Positions 28,977-41,243 of a stretch of DNA of 64,000 bases are shown in pieces. The stretch comes from an uncultured delta proteobacterium. Lineage in GTDB: Bacteria; Myxococcota; Kuafuiibacteriia; Kuafuiibacteriales; Kuafuiibacteriaceae. The number at the start of each line of letters is the position of its first letter. The first letter of the stretch is position 1. Below the pieces are notes generated by a model, which was not told the DNA's origin, did no database searches, and saw only the letters and a list, made by a program, of their open reading frames with translations. A program made the position numbers and the translations under genes. The DNA is taken from contig CAWDML010000012.1 of NCBI GenBank assembly GCA_963803435.1, positions 131,317 to 195,316 of the forward strand, in the 5' to 3' direction.

Positions 28977-30110
28977 GTGCAGCGCCCCACCACGGACGAT
29001 CTGCCCACCCGGGATCCCGATCAGGACAAGCTCGAAGGGGTCGCCACCGTCGCGTTCGTCCTCATCTTCGCCGCGCTGATCGTCGGCGTCGGTTTCGTCC
29101 TGTTCCGGTTTCTCTCGGACTTCATCCTGGCGCTCCTGTTCCTGTCCCTCTTCAGCCCGCTCTATCGGTCGGTGCTCCCGCTGGTGAAGTACCGCAAGTG
29201 GCTGGCCTCGCTCCTGGTCTCGCTGGTCGTGATCTTCGTGGTCGCGATCCCGACGACCTTCCTGATCGGGAGCCTCTCAGCCGAGGCCGCCGACGCGTAC
29301 GACGCCACCCGCGAGTCGTTCTCGCTCGAACGTGCCCAGGACTTCCTCTTCGGCGACGGCATGGTCGCCACCTACGCGCGCAAGTTCTCGACCATGTTCG
29401 GGTTCGAGTACACGCCCGACAGCGTCCGCCTCTCGCTGACGACCATCGCCGGCACCGTGACGGCCTTTCTCTACAACCAGATCCAGACGCTCCTGGAGAA
29501 CGTCGTCTCCGGTGTCATCCACTTCATCATCATGGTCCTGATGCTCTTCTACCTCTTCATCGACGGCACGCGTCTCAAGAGCTACGTGTTCCTGCTCTCC
29601 CCGCTGCCGACCGAGGAGGAGGAGCTGATCGCCACGCAGTTCAAGAACGTGGGACGCGCCACGCTGTTCGGCAACGGGATCGGCAGCCTGATTCAGGGCA
29701 CGATCGCCGGCTTCGCGATGGCCTTCGCCGGGCTGCCCTCACCCGTGCTCTGGGGATCGGTGATGACGATCTTCGCGTTCCTGCCGCTGATCGGCATCGC
29801 GATCGTCACCGTGCCCTCGACGATCTATCTGTTCGCCACCGAGCGCTACGCCACCGCGATCATCTTCTTCGTCTTCTGCCATACCCAGAGCCTGCTGGTG
29901 GAGAACGTGCTCAAGACCAAGCTGATCGGGGATCGGATGAAGATGCACAGTCTCCTGATCTTCCTCTCGATCCTCGGCGGGCTGAGCGCATTCAGCATCA
30001 TCGGGATCGTGTACGGACCCCTGCTGGTGATGCTGTTCATGACCTTCGTCGAGCTCTACCAGCGCCACTACAAGCACCGGCTCAGCGACGCGCTCCGCGC
30101 CAAGAGCTGA
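28977..30110 (+). CDS. AI-2E family transporter
   Basis: Multi-TM; LFYLFIDG, ENVLKTKL, LGGL.AF.IIGIVYGP. Confidence 0.92.
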   Translation: MQRPTTDDLPTRDPDQDKLEGVATVAFVLIFAALIVGVGFVLFRFLSDFILALLFLSLFSPLYRSVLPLVKYRKWLASLLVSLVVIFVVAIPTTFLIGSLSAEAADAYDATRESFSLERAQDFLFGDGMVATYARKFSTMFGFEYTPDSVRLSLTTIAGTVTAFLYNQIQTLLENVVSGVIHFIIMVLMLFYLFIDGTRLKSYVFLLSPLPTEEEELIATQFKNVGRATLFGNGIGSLIQGTIAGFAMAFAGLPSPVLWGSVMTIFAFLPLIGIAIVTVPSTIYLFATERYATAIIFFVFCHTQSLLVENVLKTKLIGDRMKMHSLLIFLSILGGLSAFSIIGIVYGPLLVMLFMTFVELYQRHYKHRLSDALRAKS

Positions 30111-30119
30111 GGTCGCGGA

Positions 30120-31667
30120 TCACTCCCACTCGATGGTCGCGGGCGGCTTCGACGAGATGTCGTAGACGACGCGGTTGATCCCCCGGACCTCGTTGATGAT
30201 GCGGTTCGAGATCCGCCCGAGCACTTCGTAGGGGAGGTGCGCCCAGTCCGCGGTCATGCCGTCCACCGAGGAGACCGCCCGCAGCGCGCAGGTCGACTCG
30301 TACGTCCGCGCGTCGCCCATGACACCGACCGAGCGCACCGGCAGCAGCACCGTGAAGCACTGCCAGATCGCCTGGTAGAGCCCCGCCTCCCGGATCTCCT
30401 CCAGCGCGATCCGATCGGCGACCCGGAGCGTCTCCAGCCGGTCACGCGTGATCTCGCCGACGATGCGGATTCCCAGCCCGGGACCGGGGAACGGGTGGCG
30501 ATCGACGACGTCGTCGGGGAGGGCGAGCTCCTTGCCGAGCAGCCGCACCTCGTCCTTGAACAGCTCGCGGAGCGGCTCGATCAGATCGAGGTGCATCCGC
30601 TCCGGCAGACCGCCGACGTTGTGATGGCTCTTGATGGTCGCGCTCGGCCCCTTGAACGAGACCGACTCGATCACGTCGGGATAGAGCGTGCCCTGCGCCA
30701 GCCACTTCGCGCTGGGCCCGGCCCGCTTGGCGGCGGCCTCGAACACGTCGATGAACACCTTGCCGATGGTCTTCCGCTTCTGCTCCGGATCGGTGACACC
30801 GGCCAGCGCCGAGAGGAACTGATCGCTGGCGTCGACGTACTGGAGGTTCATGCCCAGGCGATCTCGGAACACGCTCTGCACCTGCTCGGCTTCACCGGCC
30901 CGCAGCAGTCCGTTGTTCACGAACACCGGGAGCACCTGCCGTCCGATGGCGCGGTGGAGCAGCGCCGCCACCACCGACGAGTCGACGCCGCCCGACAGCC
31001 CGCAGATCACCGTGTCGCTCCCGACGCGGCGCCGCACCTCCTCGGTCTCGCGATCGATGAAGCCGCCGATGGTCCAGTTCGCCTCCACGTGCGCGATGCG
31101 GAAGAGGAAGTTCGCCAGGATCTCGCCGCCCTGCGGCGTGTGGACCACCTCGGGGTGGAACTGGAGCCCGTACAGCCCCCGCCCGCGCGCTGCCACGATG
31201 GCGAAGGGGCAGCTCTTCGAGGACCCGAGGACCTCGAACCCCGCGGGGAGCCGCTCGACCGCGTCGCCGTGGCTCATCCACACGTGGAGGGACACGCGCG
31301 GGTCGAGGCCGTGGAGGAGCTCGGCCGCCGCGGTGTGCTCGACCTCCGCACGTCCGTACTCGTGTGCCTCGGACCGGACGACCCGTCCCCCCAGCACGTG
31401 ACACATGAGCTGCATGCCGTAGCAGATACCCAGAACCGGGATCCCGAGCTCGAACAGGGCGGGATCGATCTGGGGCGAGCCTTCCTCGTGGACGGACGCC
31501 GGGCCGCCCGAAAGGATCAGGGCCTTGGCCCCGAACGCGCGGATCTCGTCGAGGCTCTTCGTACACGGCCAGATCTCGGAGTACACTCGCTGCTCCCGGA
31601 TTCGCCGCGCGATCAGCTGCGTGTACTGCGAGCCGAAATCGAGGACGAGGACCTTGTCGAGCGTCAC
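30120..31667 (-). CDS. guaA: GMP synthase (glutamine-hydrolysing)
   Basis: [42 protein letters not shown]. Confidence 0.99.
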   Translation of the reverse strand: MTLDKVLVLDFGSQYTQLIARRIREQRVYSEIWPCTKSLDEIRAFGAKALILSGGPASVHEEGSPQIDPALFELGIPVLGICYGMQLMCHVLGGRVVRSEAHEYGRAEVEHTAAAELLHGLDPRVSLHVWMSHGDAVERLPAGFEVLGSSKSCPFAIVAARGRGLYGLQFHPEVVHTPQGGEILANFLFRIAHVEANWTIGGFIDRETEEVRRRVGSDTVICGLSGGVDSSVVAALLHRAIGRQVLPVFVNNGLLRAGEAEQVQSVFRDRLGMNLQYVDASDQFLSALAGVTDPEQKRKTIGKVFIDVFEAAAKRAGPSAKWLAQGTLYPDVIESVSFKGPSATIKSHHNVGGLPERMHLDLIEPLRELFKDEVRLLGKELALPDDVVDRHPFPGPGLGIRIVGEITRDRLETLRVADRIALEEIREAGLYQAIWQCFTVLLPVRSVGVMGDARTYESTCALRAVSSVDGMTADWAHLPYEVLGRISNRIINEVRGINRVVYDISSKPPATIEWE

Positions 31668-31766
31668 AGGGCGCGCTTAGCACGCTTGCCGGGAGGGAAT
31701 CCACGTCCGTATGCTGGAGCTCTGATCGGCCACATCCCCAACTCGCTCGTCGCGCTCCTCGGCAAG

Positions 31767-32465
31767 ATGTTCGGGAAGGTCCCCGGGCATCCGCCGGGCA
31801 AGGTCGAGGCCCACGGGATGAAGGGCGAGAAGGCCAATCCGAAGACCGAGAAGGGCGCACCGCTCGGCGACACCGGCGGTCACCTCCTCGTCGGCGTTGG
31901 CTACGGGATCAAGGACGCGCGCAGCCAGCTCAAGAACAAGGCGGAGGCGGAGAACGTCAACCGCTTCCTCGAGACACAGCTGGAGGCCAAGGATCCGGAC
32001 GCGAAATCGAAGACCCACGAGCACGAGCACGCGGGCGCCGACAAGCGTGACAGCGACCTCGCCGAGCGCAAGAACGAGCTCCAGGACAAGCGCGAGACCC
32101 GGGACCGCGAGATGCGGCGCGAGGATCGCCGAGACGAAAATCGCCTTCAGACGCGGCAGGAGACCAAGGAGCAGCAGGACCAGCCGCGTGACCAGAAGGA
32201 AGCACGCGAGCGCGACCGGCGCGAGCGCGACGATCGAGACGATGATCGGAAGCAAGGTGCAGGGTGGGTGCTCGAGGAGATGGAGCAGGAAGATCATCGA
32301 CCTCGTCAGGGTCTCAAGAGCGACGCGGGCGTCTTCACCGACACCAACCGCTGTCGTGGAACCCTGGACGACGGGACGCGCTGCCTCCGGAGGCCGGTCA
32401 AGGGCATCGGCTACTGTCGCGAGCACGCGGTGAACTGGCGACCGGATCTGACCCCGAAGGCATGA
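31767..32465 (+). CDS. Highly charged hypothetical protein with C-terminal C3H zinc-finger-like motif
   Basis: R/D/E/K-rich middle; RCRGTLDDGTRCLRRPVKGIGYCREH. Confidence 0.65.
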   Translation: MFGKVPGHPPGKVEAHGMKGEKANPKTEKGAPLGDTGGHLLVGVGYGIKDARSQLKNKAEAENVNRFLETQLEAKDPDAKSKTHEHEHAGADKRDSDLAERKNELQDKRETRDREMRREDRRDENRLQTRQETKEQQDQPRDQKEARERDRRERDDRDDDRKQGAGWVLEEMEQEDHRPRQGLKSDAGVFTDTNRCRGTLDDGTRCLRRPVKGIGYCREHAVNWRPDLTPKA

Positions 32466-33256
32466 GCGCCTCCGATCGGTCGTGGATTCAGTGGTCGGCG
32501 CTGATGCCGATCCTCTTCCTGTGCGCGTGCACGTCGGGTCCGGCGGAGGTCGATGCCTCCGTGGTCGACGCCGGCACGATCGAGACCGACGCGGGCCCCC
32601 AGGCCGAGGACAGCGGCCTGGGCCCCAAGGACGCGGCCCTCACCGACACGGGTACCGGCACCACCGCTGCCGACGCCGGGCCGGACGGCGGCGACGCGGG
32701 CGACCAAGACGCCGCGGCCGGCGACGGCGATCTCGTGGACGGCGATCTCACCGACGGTGCGATCCTGGCCGACGGCGGCGACGCCGGGCCGGATCTCGAC
32801 GGCGGCGGGATCGACGTCGGGCCGGTCGATCTGGTCGAGGACTTCACGGATCCGGAGGACGAGATCTTCACCTGCCCCGACACCACCGCGGTGACGCCCG
32901 GCTTCGACGTGGAGAACGGGACCCAGTGTCTCGGGATCGACGGCTCGGGCTGCCCCGAGGAGCGCGGCCTCCCCGGCCCCGGCTCGGCCGAGTGCAGCAA
33001 TCCCGCCCAGAACCCGTTCATCGGGGCCGGACAGTGCGTCACCGACTTCTTCGCCTGCTTCGATCCGATGGGCGGGTGCACGAGCGACGGACTGGGCACC
33101 TACAGCTGGGGCAACGGAGCCGTCCAGATCATCCAGCTCGCGGGCGATGGCTCGCTGATCCGCTCCGAGTTCTACCCCTCCACCAGCACGGTGCCCTGCG
33201 TCGTCGGCTTGCCCGAGACGCCCGGCGGCTCGCGGGTCGTCTACACGCTCGAGTAA
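32462..33256 (+). CDS. Cys-rich lipoprotein with DAG/DG low-complexity linker
   Basis: Lipobox LCAC; DAG repeats; ATGA overlap. Confidence 0.7.
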   Translation: MSASDRSWIQWSALMPILFLCACTSGPAEVDASVVDAGTIETDAGPQAEDSGLGPKDAALTDTGTGTTAADAGPDGGDAGDQDAAAGDGDLVDGDLTDGAILADGGDAGPDLDGGGIDVGPVDLVEDFTDPEDEIFTCPDTTAVTPGFDVENGTQCLGIDGSGCPEERGLPGPGSAECSNPAQNPFIGAGQCVTDFFACFDPMGGCTSDGLGTYSWGNGAVQIIQLAGDGSLIRSEFYPSTSTVPCVVGLPETPGGSRVVYTLE

Positions 33257-33268
33257 CGCGTCGCGGGC

Positions 33269-33647
33269 TCAGCCGAGGTCGCGCTTCGCGTCGTTGATCG
33301 CACGCTCCAGCTTCGAGATGGCGTGGTCCACGTCGCGCTCGATGGCCTCGCGCTCGTCCGCCGTCGAGTCGTCGAGGTGCTCGAGCCGAGCCTTCGCCTT
33401 CGAGAGACCGTTGTCGATGTCGTGCTTCATCACGTCCCAGCTGGCCTCGGAGATCGCTCTTCCCTTGCGCCTGGTCCTTGAGCCGGATCCACTGGTTCTC
33501 CAGCTCGTCGAGACGATGCGACAGCTTGGTGCGCTGGTCGGCGATCTGCTCGTGCGCGGTCGGCTTCGAGTCGCGCGTGCAGGCCGCGACCGCGCCGCCG
33601 AACGCGAGACCGAGAAAGCCGATCAGGATGCTGTTCTTCAACCTCAT
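33269..33647 (-). CDS. Small coiled-coil lipoprotein (frameshift ~33440)
   Basis: MRLKNSILIGFLGLAFGGAVAAC; helical C-terminus continues in another frame (EASWDVMKHDIDNGLSKAK). Confidence 0.6.
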
Positions 33648-33700
33648 GTCCTCGAAGGGAGCGAAAAGCATGCCACCGAGCCCTCGGGCCTGGTCCCGGA

Positions 33701-34168
33701 TCAATCGTCGCGATCTGTCTCGGTGAGCCGTCGCTCGAGGGCGCCGATGACCAGCAGCACCGTGAGGATCATCAACGTGACCGCGCCAGCGAGCGCGCGC
33801 TGGCCGAACCCGATCGAAATGGCGATGGCCGTCGTCGCCAGCAGGGACGCGGCGGTGGTGAGCCCCCGGACGTCGTCGCGGCCGTGGCGGAAGATCGTCC
33901 CAGCGCCGATGAACGAGATCCCATAGACGATCGCCTGGATGATGCGGATGGGATCCGTGCGCGTACCGTCCGCCGCCGCGTACGTGTGGGTCACGCCGAC
34001 GCCGACCTGGACCAGGATCCACGCCGACAGCCCCACGACGATGTGCGTCTTCAACCCAGCCGGGCGGCGCCGGGACTCGCGCTCGAAGCCGATCAGCCCG
34101 GCGGCGACCACCACCAGCCCCGCGTCCACCGCCTGCTCGACCATCCCGTTCATCCTCGAGCACCCCAT
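33701..34168 (-). CDS. MgtC/SapB family protein
   Basis: IGFERE..PAGLKTH..DPIRI..GISFIGAG..GLTTAAS. Confidence 0.92.
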   Translation of the reverse strand: MGCSRMNGMVEQAVDAGLVVVAAGLIGFERESRRRPAGLKTHIVVGLSAWILVQVGVGVTHTYAAADGTRTDPIRIIQAIVYGISFIGAGTIFRHGRDDVRGLTTAASLLATTAIAISIGFGQRALAGAVTLMILTVLLVIGALERRLTETDRDD

Positions 34169-34233
34169 GTGCCAAACCCGTTCGTTCGCGGCGACCCCGC
34201 CCACCGAGACATCACGACTCGGGGGGATCTACA

Positions 34234-35874
34234 ATGTTCGGCATGGCTGACACGCTCCTAGGGACGATCCTCGACGGACGCTATCGCTTGGTCGACGTCC
34301 TCTCCGATGCCAGCCCGCGCTTCGTGGTCTATCGCGCCGAGCACCTGCGGCTGGAGCGCGCGTTCTCGGTCAAGGTCTTCCGAGAGCGGGACGAAGACGG
34401 CGCGTTCGAGGCGGCGGCTCGCAAGCTGTCTTGCGTTCGCCATCCGAACATCGAGCCGATCCACGACTACGGGCGGCTCGCGAGCGGCCATCCGTATCTG
34501 GTCACTGAGCTCATCGACGGCGAGTCGCTGGCCGAGCGCATGGAGCGACCGATCCATCAGCTCGATCTGTTGCAGATCCTCCAGGACGCAGGCGCAGGGC
34601 TCGCCGAAGCGCACGCCGCCGATCTGATCCACGGCGCCCTCACGCCGGAGAGCCTCATCTTCGAGTCGCATCAACGCGGCGAGACGCTGAAGATCGTCGA
34701 CTTCGATCCCACCCAGGACGACGGCGCTCCCTCCTTCCGCGACGCCACCGTGGTGGCGAACGCCCACTGGGTCTCGCCCGAGCAGGCCAAGGGGCTCAGC
34801 GCCGAGCCGGCGAGCGATCTGTATGCGCTCGGCGCGATCGCGTACGCGTGTCTCGCCGGCGCGCCACCGCACGAAGGCGAGCCTCACGTGGTGCTCTCCA
34901 AGAAGATCGACTCCGACCCGACGCTGCTCCGCAGCCTCCCGTTTCCTGTCGACGCCGACGCCGGCGTGGACGCGCTGATTTGCGCCATGCTGGAGCGCGA
35001 GCCCTTCCGCCGGCCCACGGGCGCCCGCGAGGTCGCCGAGCACGCCGAGGCGCTGCACACCGAGCTGACGATGCCGCCGCTCCCGCGACCTATCCGCTCG
35101 CGCGTGCCCTGGCTCGGGATCGCCGCCACGCTCATGGGCGCTGCCGCGCTCTTCGTCGCCGAGCTCCGCGCGCCCGACGCGCCGCGGCCAGTCGTCCTCC
35201 CCACCACCGGCAGCATCACGCTGGAGAGCGTGCCTAGCGGCGCCAAGATCTACGTCGACGGTGAGCCGCTCTTGACGATCGACGGCGCCCCCGCGGTCAC
35301 TCCCGCGGACGTCCAGTCGCTGCTCTACGGGAAGCGCTATCGGGTGCAGCTCCGCCAGTCCGGCTACGTGACCTGGGAGACCGAGCTCACGATGAACGCC
35401 GCCGCCGACGGCCGCGCCTTCACGCCGTCGCTGGCGCCGATGCCCGCCCGCATCTCCATCCAGGCTGCGCCCGGGGCGCTGATCTTCGTCGACGAGCTGG
35501 CCGTCGGCCGCGGCCGCTGGGTCGAGGAGATGGTGCAACCGCTCCGGCCCCACCTGATCCGGGCCACCAGCGCCGACTATGACTGTGGCGAGCGCGTCGT
35601 CCGCCCCGAGCCGGGGAGCATGACCAACGTCAAGCTGGCTTGCATTCCATCGCGGCCGTCGACGGGGCTCGGGGGGCATCCCGCCCGCCTGACCGTCACC
35701 GGCGATCCGACCGCCGACGTCTACCTCGACCACAAGCGGATCGGCTCACCCCCGATCGTCGAGATGGCGCTCCAGAACGGTGACCACGAGCTCAAGATCC
35801 TTCGACCTCGCGAGAGCCGCACGCTGGTCGTCGACGCCGAGCCGGGGAACACGATCCGCTACCACGTGCCCTGA
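34234..35874 (+). CDS. Ser/Thr kinase-like protein (probable pseudokinase) with TM and PEGA domains
   Basis: Kinase fold with HGALTP replacing HRDLKP and DFD replacing DFG; SVPSGAKIYVDG PEGA motif. Confidence 0.85.
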   Translation: MFGMADTLLGTILDGRYRLVDVLSDASPRFVVYRAEHLRLERAFSVKVFRERDEDGAFEAAARKLSCVRHPNIEPIHDYGRLASGHPYLVTELIDGESLAERMERPIHQLDLLQILQDAGAGLAEAHAADLIHGALTPESLIFESHQRGETLKIVDFDPTQDDGAPSFRDATVVANAHWVSPEQAKGLSAEPASDLYALGAIAYACLAGAPPHEGEPHVVLSKKIDSDPTLLRSLPFPVDADAGVDALICAMLEREPFRRPTGAREVAEHAEALHTELTMPPLPRPIRSRVPWLGIAATLMGAAALFVAELRAPDAPRPVVLPTTGSITLESVPSGAKIYVDGEPLLTIDGAPAVTPADVQSLLYGKRYRVQLRQSGYVTWETELTMNAAADGRAFTPSLAPMPARISIQAAPGALIFVDELAVGRGRWVEEMVQPLRPHLIRATSADYDCGERVVRPEPGSMTNVKLACIPSRPSTGLGGHPARLTVTGDPTADVYLDHKRIGSPPIVEMALQNGDHELKILRPRESRTLVVDAEPGNTIRYHVP

Positions 35875-35974
35875 CGGGCCGGACCTCGCGGTGCCGCGCC
35901 GAACCTGCTCATCCGCGCACGTCGGCGCCCGATCCACCCTGTCCCTCTCGGATCGGCTGGGCCAGAATCGCGCC

Positions 35975-38767
35975 GTGCGCCGGCTCGCCCTCCTCCTCGC
36001 CACCTTCGGCACGGTCGCCTGCTCACAGGATCCCTGCAGGAACGCGGCGCCCGCGGTGACCGCTGAGGTCCGGGTCTCGGATCCCGGCCTGCGGGCCCGC
36101 GCCGCCTCGATGGAGGTGGTGCTGACCGTCGGCGAGGCGCGCTTCTCGCGCACGTTCGATCTGTTGGGGACGCTCGACGACGGCGCGGCGGTGTTCTCGG
36201 TCGTGCTGGAGCCGGCGCCCGTCACCGAGGCCTACCCGATCGAGCTCGACGTCGTGGCCTACACCTCGCCGGGTGGACGGGGCGAGCGGATCGCCGAGGG
36301 CAGCTCCTCGATCCGCGGCTCCCTCGACGCCTGCAATCGCGTCGTCGTCGAGCTCGGAGAGGCGGCCACCAAGGACGCCGGCGAGACCGCTGACGGTGGC
36401 GTCGCGGACGGAGGCCCCGACGCCGGCGGCTCGTTCCTGATCGTTTCGCCGTCCGAGATCGATCGACCGTGGGTCGATCGTGGCGCCGTCCTCACCTTCA
36501 CCGCGACCGTCACCGCTGGCGACGGCGCCGCGCTCGACGACCTCACCGCCACCACCACCGTGTCCTGGGCGACACCCGCGCTCTCTCCGGGCGATGGCGC
36601 GACCGCGCGCACCCTCTCGGTCACCGTCGACACCGCGCTGCTCCCCGAGGGCCCGTACACCGCGGTCGCCCGCGTCGCGCGCGCCGATTCCTCCTCGACG
36701 CCTGCCGAGCTCCGGGTTCGGTTCCGCTCTTTCCGTCCCATCCACGTGGGCCCCGCGGCGAACGCGTGCCTCCGGGACGACCCCGCCGGCGCGGCGGCCA
36801 CCGACTGCGACTTCGCGGGCGAGGACGGCCTCGAGACCGCCGCCTCGGAGCTGACGCCCTATTCGCACGTGGTGGTCCACGACGACGCGGGCGGTCGCGC
36901 CTACTACACCACCGGGGCCGGGATCGGGATGCCGGGCATCTCGTGGATCAGCGGGGCGGCGGGCGCCGCGCCGCAGAACGTGGTCCTCGGGTGCCGGGAC
37001 GGCCTTGCGATCTGGCTCAACGGCGACGGCGTCCGCGTGGAGGGCCTGATGATCGTGTCCGAGGGCGGATGCGATCTCCTGATCAACACCTGGGGCGGCT
37101 CGACGCCGCGCGCCGGAACCCGCGGACACATCATTGATCGCGTCGTGCTGGCGGCGCTCCGTCCCGAGGTCTTCGGCGCGAACAACACCGAGGAGGCGAT
37201 CGCCCTCAGCGGGGACACCCAGCTCACCAACTCGCACGTCTATGGTTACTGGGCAGGCCTGGGCGACCTCTCCTTCGCCGATCACACGAAGATCGTGAAC
37301 GACAGCGTGGTGTTCTATCAACGCGTGACCGGCAGCGACGCGCGCGGCACCCTGTCGCTGACGTTCGCCAACAATACGGTCATCGCGGTTCCGGGCGCCG
37401 ACGGCCCGCTCCTCGAGGCCAGCGCGTCGACGCACGACCTGACCGTCAGCGGCAACGTGGTCGAAGGCTTCACGCCGCTCGTGGCAGGGCTCGACGTCTC
37501 GGACACCAGCAACCGCGTCGTGGCCAACACCGAGAACGCCGACGAGATCGACACGCCGATGGAGCCGCGATTCCTCGCCGACGCCCTCGCGCGCACCGAC
37601 GCCGTCGCGGGCATCGGTGTGAGCCTGGACGGCGTCGACATCGACGGCCGCACCGCTGTGCTCCCCGGCGCGTTCCAGCTGCGGAGCGCTCGAGACGGGC
37701 CCCAGCGCGACTGGCTGGTGGTGGGCCCGGAAGGCTGCGGCTTCTGCGACGTGACCTCGGACCTCGACAACGAGCTTCAGGTCGCCGCCTGGAGCTCCTG
37801 GCCCGGCGGGACGATCGAGATCGAGCCAGGGACGTACGCCGGCAACACGGTCGTCAGCTGGCGGACGCGGATCCTGGGCAAGGCCGGCTCGCCCTCGGAG
37901 ATCGTGCTCGAGAGCGCCGAGGAGGATCCGCTCCTCGAGCGGGCCGGCACCTGGGCCCACCGCTCCGTGCTCACGATGATCGACGCGAACCGCGACGGCT
38001 TCGACGTCGAGAACCTGACCGTCCGGGTCGATCCCCTGTCGAGCACCGACCAGACGGCGATCCTGGTGGAGAGCCGCCCCGAGTCTCCACCCAACGACTC
38101 GCTCGAGCTGCGAAACCTGGTGATCGAGTCGGCCAGCGCGGGCGGCGCCCGGGGCGAAACGCTAGCCCATGCGCTCCTGATCGGCGAGGACGTGCTGGTT
38201 CAAGATGTGCTGGTCCACGGCGCGTTCGAGGCCTGCGTGCGGCTGGCCTCTCATCTCCCCTCGGCCGCACCCGCCTCTCCCGTCTTTGCCGCCGTTGTCA
38301 ACCTGACTTGCCGACTCACCGACACGGCCGAGCACGCGCCGCGCGCCGCCTTCGAGCTCGCCGGCGCGGACAGCCCGCTCTTCATCAACCTCGCGGTCGA
38401 GAGCGCCGCCGCGGCGCCGTTGTTCGCGGCTCAGCGCCGGGCCTCGGGAGACAACGGCGCCAGCGCGCTCGATCCTCCGCTGGCCTTCGAGGCCTACAAC
38501 GTCTCCTGGCGGGGCGCGAACAGCCTCCTCGGAGACTTCGCGATCGACGACGGTGACTACATCTTGGTCGACGTCGACGAGCTCCCCGCCGGCGAGCCGT
38601 TCTTTGTGAGCGACACGGATGATCACCTCGAGGTCGGTAGCGCAGCGATCGACAGCGGCGTCGATCCGGCCGCCGTCGTCCCCTGGCTCGAGGCGGGCGA
38701 CTCGATCGAGTGGGTGGATCGCACCGGGCGCCTGATCGACCGCGGCGCGTACGAGCAGGGCAACTGA
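35975..38767 (+). CDS. Large lipoprotein with BACON-like and two beta-helix domains
   Basis: Lipobox TVAC; SWAT..TLSVTVD..GPY; GTIEIEPGTY; C-terminal DHL..SAAIDSG..DRGAYE. Confidence 0.75.
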   Translation: MRRLALLLATFGTVACSQDPCRNAAPAVTAEVRVSDPGLRARAASMEVVLTVGEARFSRTFDLLGTLDDGAAVFSVVLEPAPVTEAYPIELDVVAYTSPGGRGERIAEGSSSIRGSLDACNRVVVELGEAATKDAGETADGGVADGGPDAGGSFLIVSPSEIDRPWVDRGAVLTFTATVTAGDGAALDDLTATTTVSWATPALSPGDGATARTLSVTVDTALLPEGPYTAVARVARADSSSTPAELRVRFRSFRPIHVGPAANACLRDDPAGAAATDCDFAGEDGLETAASELTPYSHVVVHDDAGGRAYYTTGAGIGMPGISWISGAAGAAPQNVVLGCRDGLAIWLNGDGVRVEGLMIVSEGGCDLLINTWGGSTPRAGTRGHIIDRVVLAALRPEVFGANNTEEAIALSGDTQLTNSHVYGYWAGLGDLSFADHTKIVNDSVVFYQRVTGSDARGTLSLTFANNTVIAVPGADGPLLEASASTHDLTVSGNVVEGFTPLVAGLDVSDTSNRVVANTENADEIDTPMEPRFLADALARTDAVAGIGVSLDGVDIDGRTAVLPGAFQLRSARDGPQRDWLVVGPEGCGFCDVTSDLDNELQVAAWSSWPGGTIEIEPGTYAGNTVVSWRTRILGKAGSPSEIVLESAEEDPLLERAGTWAHRSVLTMIDANRDGFDVENLTVRVDPLSSTDQTAILVESRPESPPNDSLELRNLVIESASAGGARGETLAHALLIGEDVLVQDVLVHGAFEACVRLASHLPSAAPASPVFAAVVNLTCRLTDTAEHAPRAAFELAGADSPLFINLAVESAAAAPLFAAQRRASGDNGASALDPPLAFEAYNVSWRGANSLLGDFAIDDGDYILVDVDELPAGEPFFVSDTDDHLEVGSAAIDSGVDPAAVVPWLEAGDSIEWVDRTGRLIDRGAYEQGN

Positions 38768-38769
38768 GC

Positions 38770-39590
<821 letters not shown>

Positions 39591-39594
<4 letters not shown>

Positions 39595-41138
39595 AGATCG
39601 TCTCCCTGCAGGAGCAGCCGCGACTTCGGCGGGCGCCTCGGGGCCCGGTGACGGCGGTGGGGCTCCGGCGGGGCCTCGGGCTCCAGCTTCACCGCCAGGA
39701 CGCGCGATTGATCCGGGATCACCGTCCGGCTGTACGTCCGATGTCCGGCCGCCGTCACCTCGATCGTGAGCGGAGCCGTCGATCGCGCCACCACGAGCGG
39801 ACCCGCGACCGTACGCCCGTCGACGACGATGAGCGCGTCCTTCGGCTCGACGTCGAACTCGAGCCGCACCTGTTCGACCGGCGGCGGCGCCGGCGCGGCG
39901 GGATGGGCGATCACGGGCGCCGGCTCCTCTCTCGGTCCGCCGCGCACCAGGACGAACACCGAGAGCGCCCCGACCAGCAGCGCCCCGGCGATCATCGCGA
40001 TGCGGCCGCGGCCAGGGGCAGGCAGCGGGCCGGCGAATGCGCGGACCTCGACCTCGGGGCTCGCCAGCTCGGGGTGCGTGGGGCTCTTCTCCGCCGGCTC
40101 GGCCAGATCGCTGAAGCTGCCGCTGTCGCTGCTCACGGCGAGCGTTCGCGGATCGACGAGCTCGTCCGCCTCGGCGGCGCGCCGCGCCATCTCCTGCCGG
40201 CGGGCGAAGCGATCCGGAAACAGCGCCTTCATCCTCTGTTCGACGTCCGCGGCCGAGGCGATGGCACCTGCCTCGACAGCGAAGTCGTGGAGCTCCTGGC
40301 CGAGCGCGCGCGCAGTCGGGTACCGCGCCTCGGGATCGCGCGCCAGCGCTCGCATCACGATGCGACCCAGGGCCTCGGGAACCTCGCCCCGCACGGACTC
40401 GGGCGGAGGCACGCGGCACTCGCGCACGCGCTCCGCGGTCGCGAAGTCGTTGGCGTCCTTGAACAAGCGTTTTCCGACGAGCGACTCCCACAGCACGACG
40501 CCCAGCGCGAAGAGATCGACGCGCCGATCGATCGTCCCCCCTTTCACCTGCTCGGGCGCCATGTAGGCAACCTTGCCCTTGTGCGTGCCGGAGCGCGTAT
40601 GCACCAGGCGATCGGCGGCCTTGGCCACACCGAAGTCCATGATGCGCGCGATGCCGTCGTACCCGATCATCACGTTCTGCGGCGACACGTCGCGATGGAC
40701 GACGCCGAGGGGCTCGCCACGAGCGTTGGTCAGCTCGTGGGCGGCGTGGAGGGCTTCGCAGATGCTCTCGCCCACGTGGACGGTCAGCGCGATCGGAAAC
40801 GGCGTCTTCTGCTTCCAGCTGCGCGTCAGCGTGTGTGCGAGCGTCTCGCCGTTCACGTAGTCCATCGCGATGAAGTACCGCCCGTCCTCCTCGCCCACCT
40901 CGTAGACCGCGACGGCGTTGGGATGCTGGATGCGGGCCGCCAGGCGGGCCTCGTCGAGAAACATGTCGACGAAGGCGGGATCCCGCGTCAGCTGCTCATG
41001 GATCGTCTTGATGGCGAAGAGACGCTCGAACCCCGCGGGTCCAACCGCGCGGGCGAGATAAAGCACGGCCATCCCGCCGTGTCCGAGCTCGCACAAGATG
41101 CGATAGCGCCCAATGCGGCTGGGGAGCTTCCCCGCCAT
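39591..41138 (-). CDS. Membrane Ser/Thr protein kinase with PEGA-like domain
   Basis: GHGGMA, FAIK, HRDVSPQN, DFG, GKVAYMAPEQ. Confidence 0.95.
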
Positions 41139-41243
41139 CGGCGGAGTCTAAACACGATTCCCCGATTCGGAACCGTTGGCGGCGGCGACATGTGTGCGCA
41201 CCGGACACTCGACGGACGCCGGCGAGCGTCTATGCTCGGAGCG

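Noticed and set aside
30080-30130. guaA 3' end as an island integration site
   Set aside because: No integrase or duplicated guaA end nearby; the flanking genes look like backbone.
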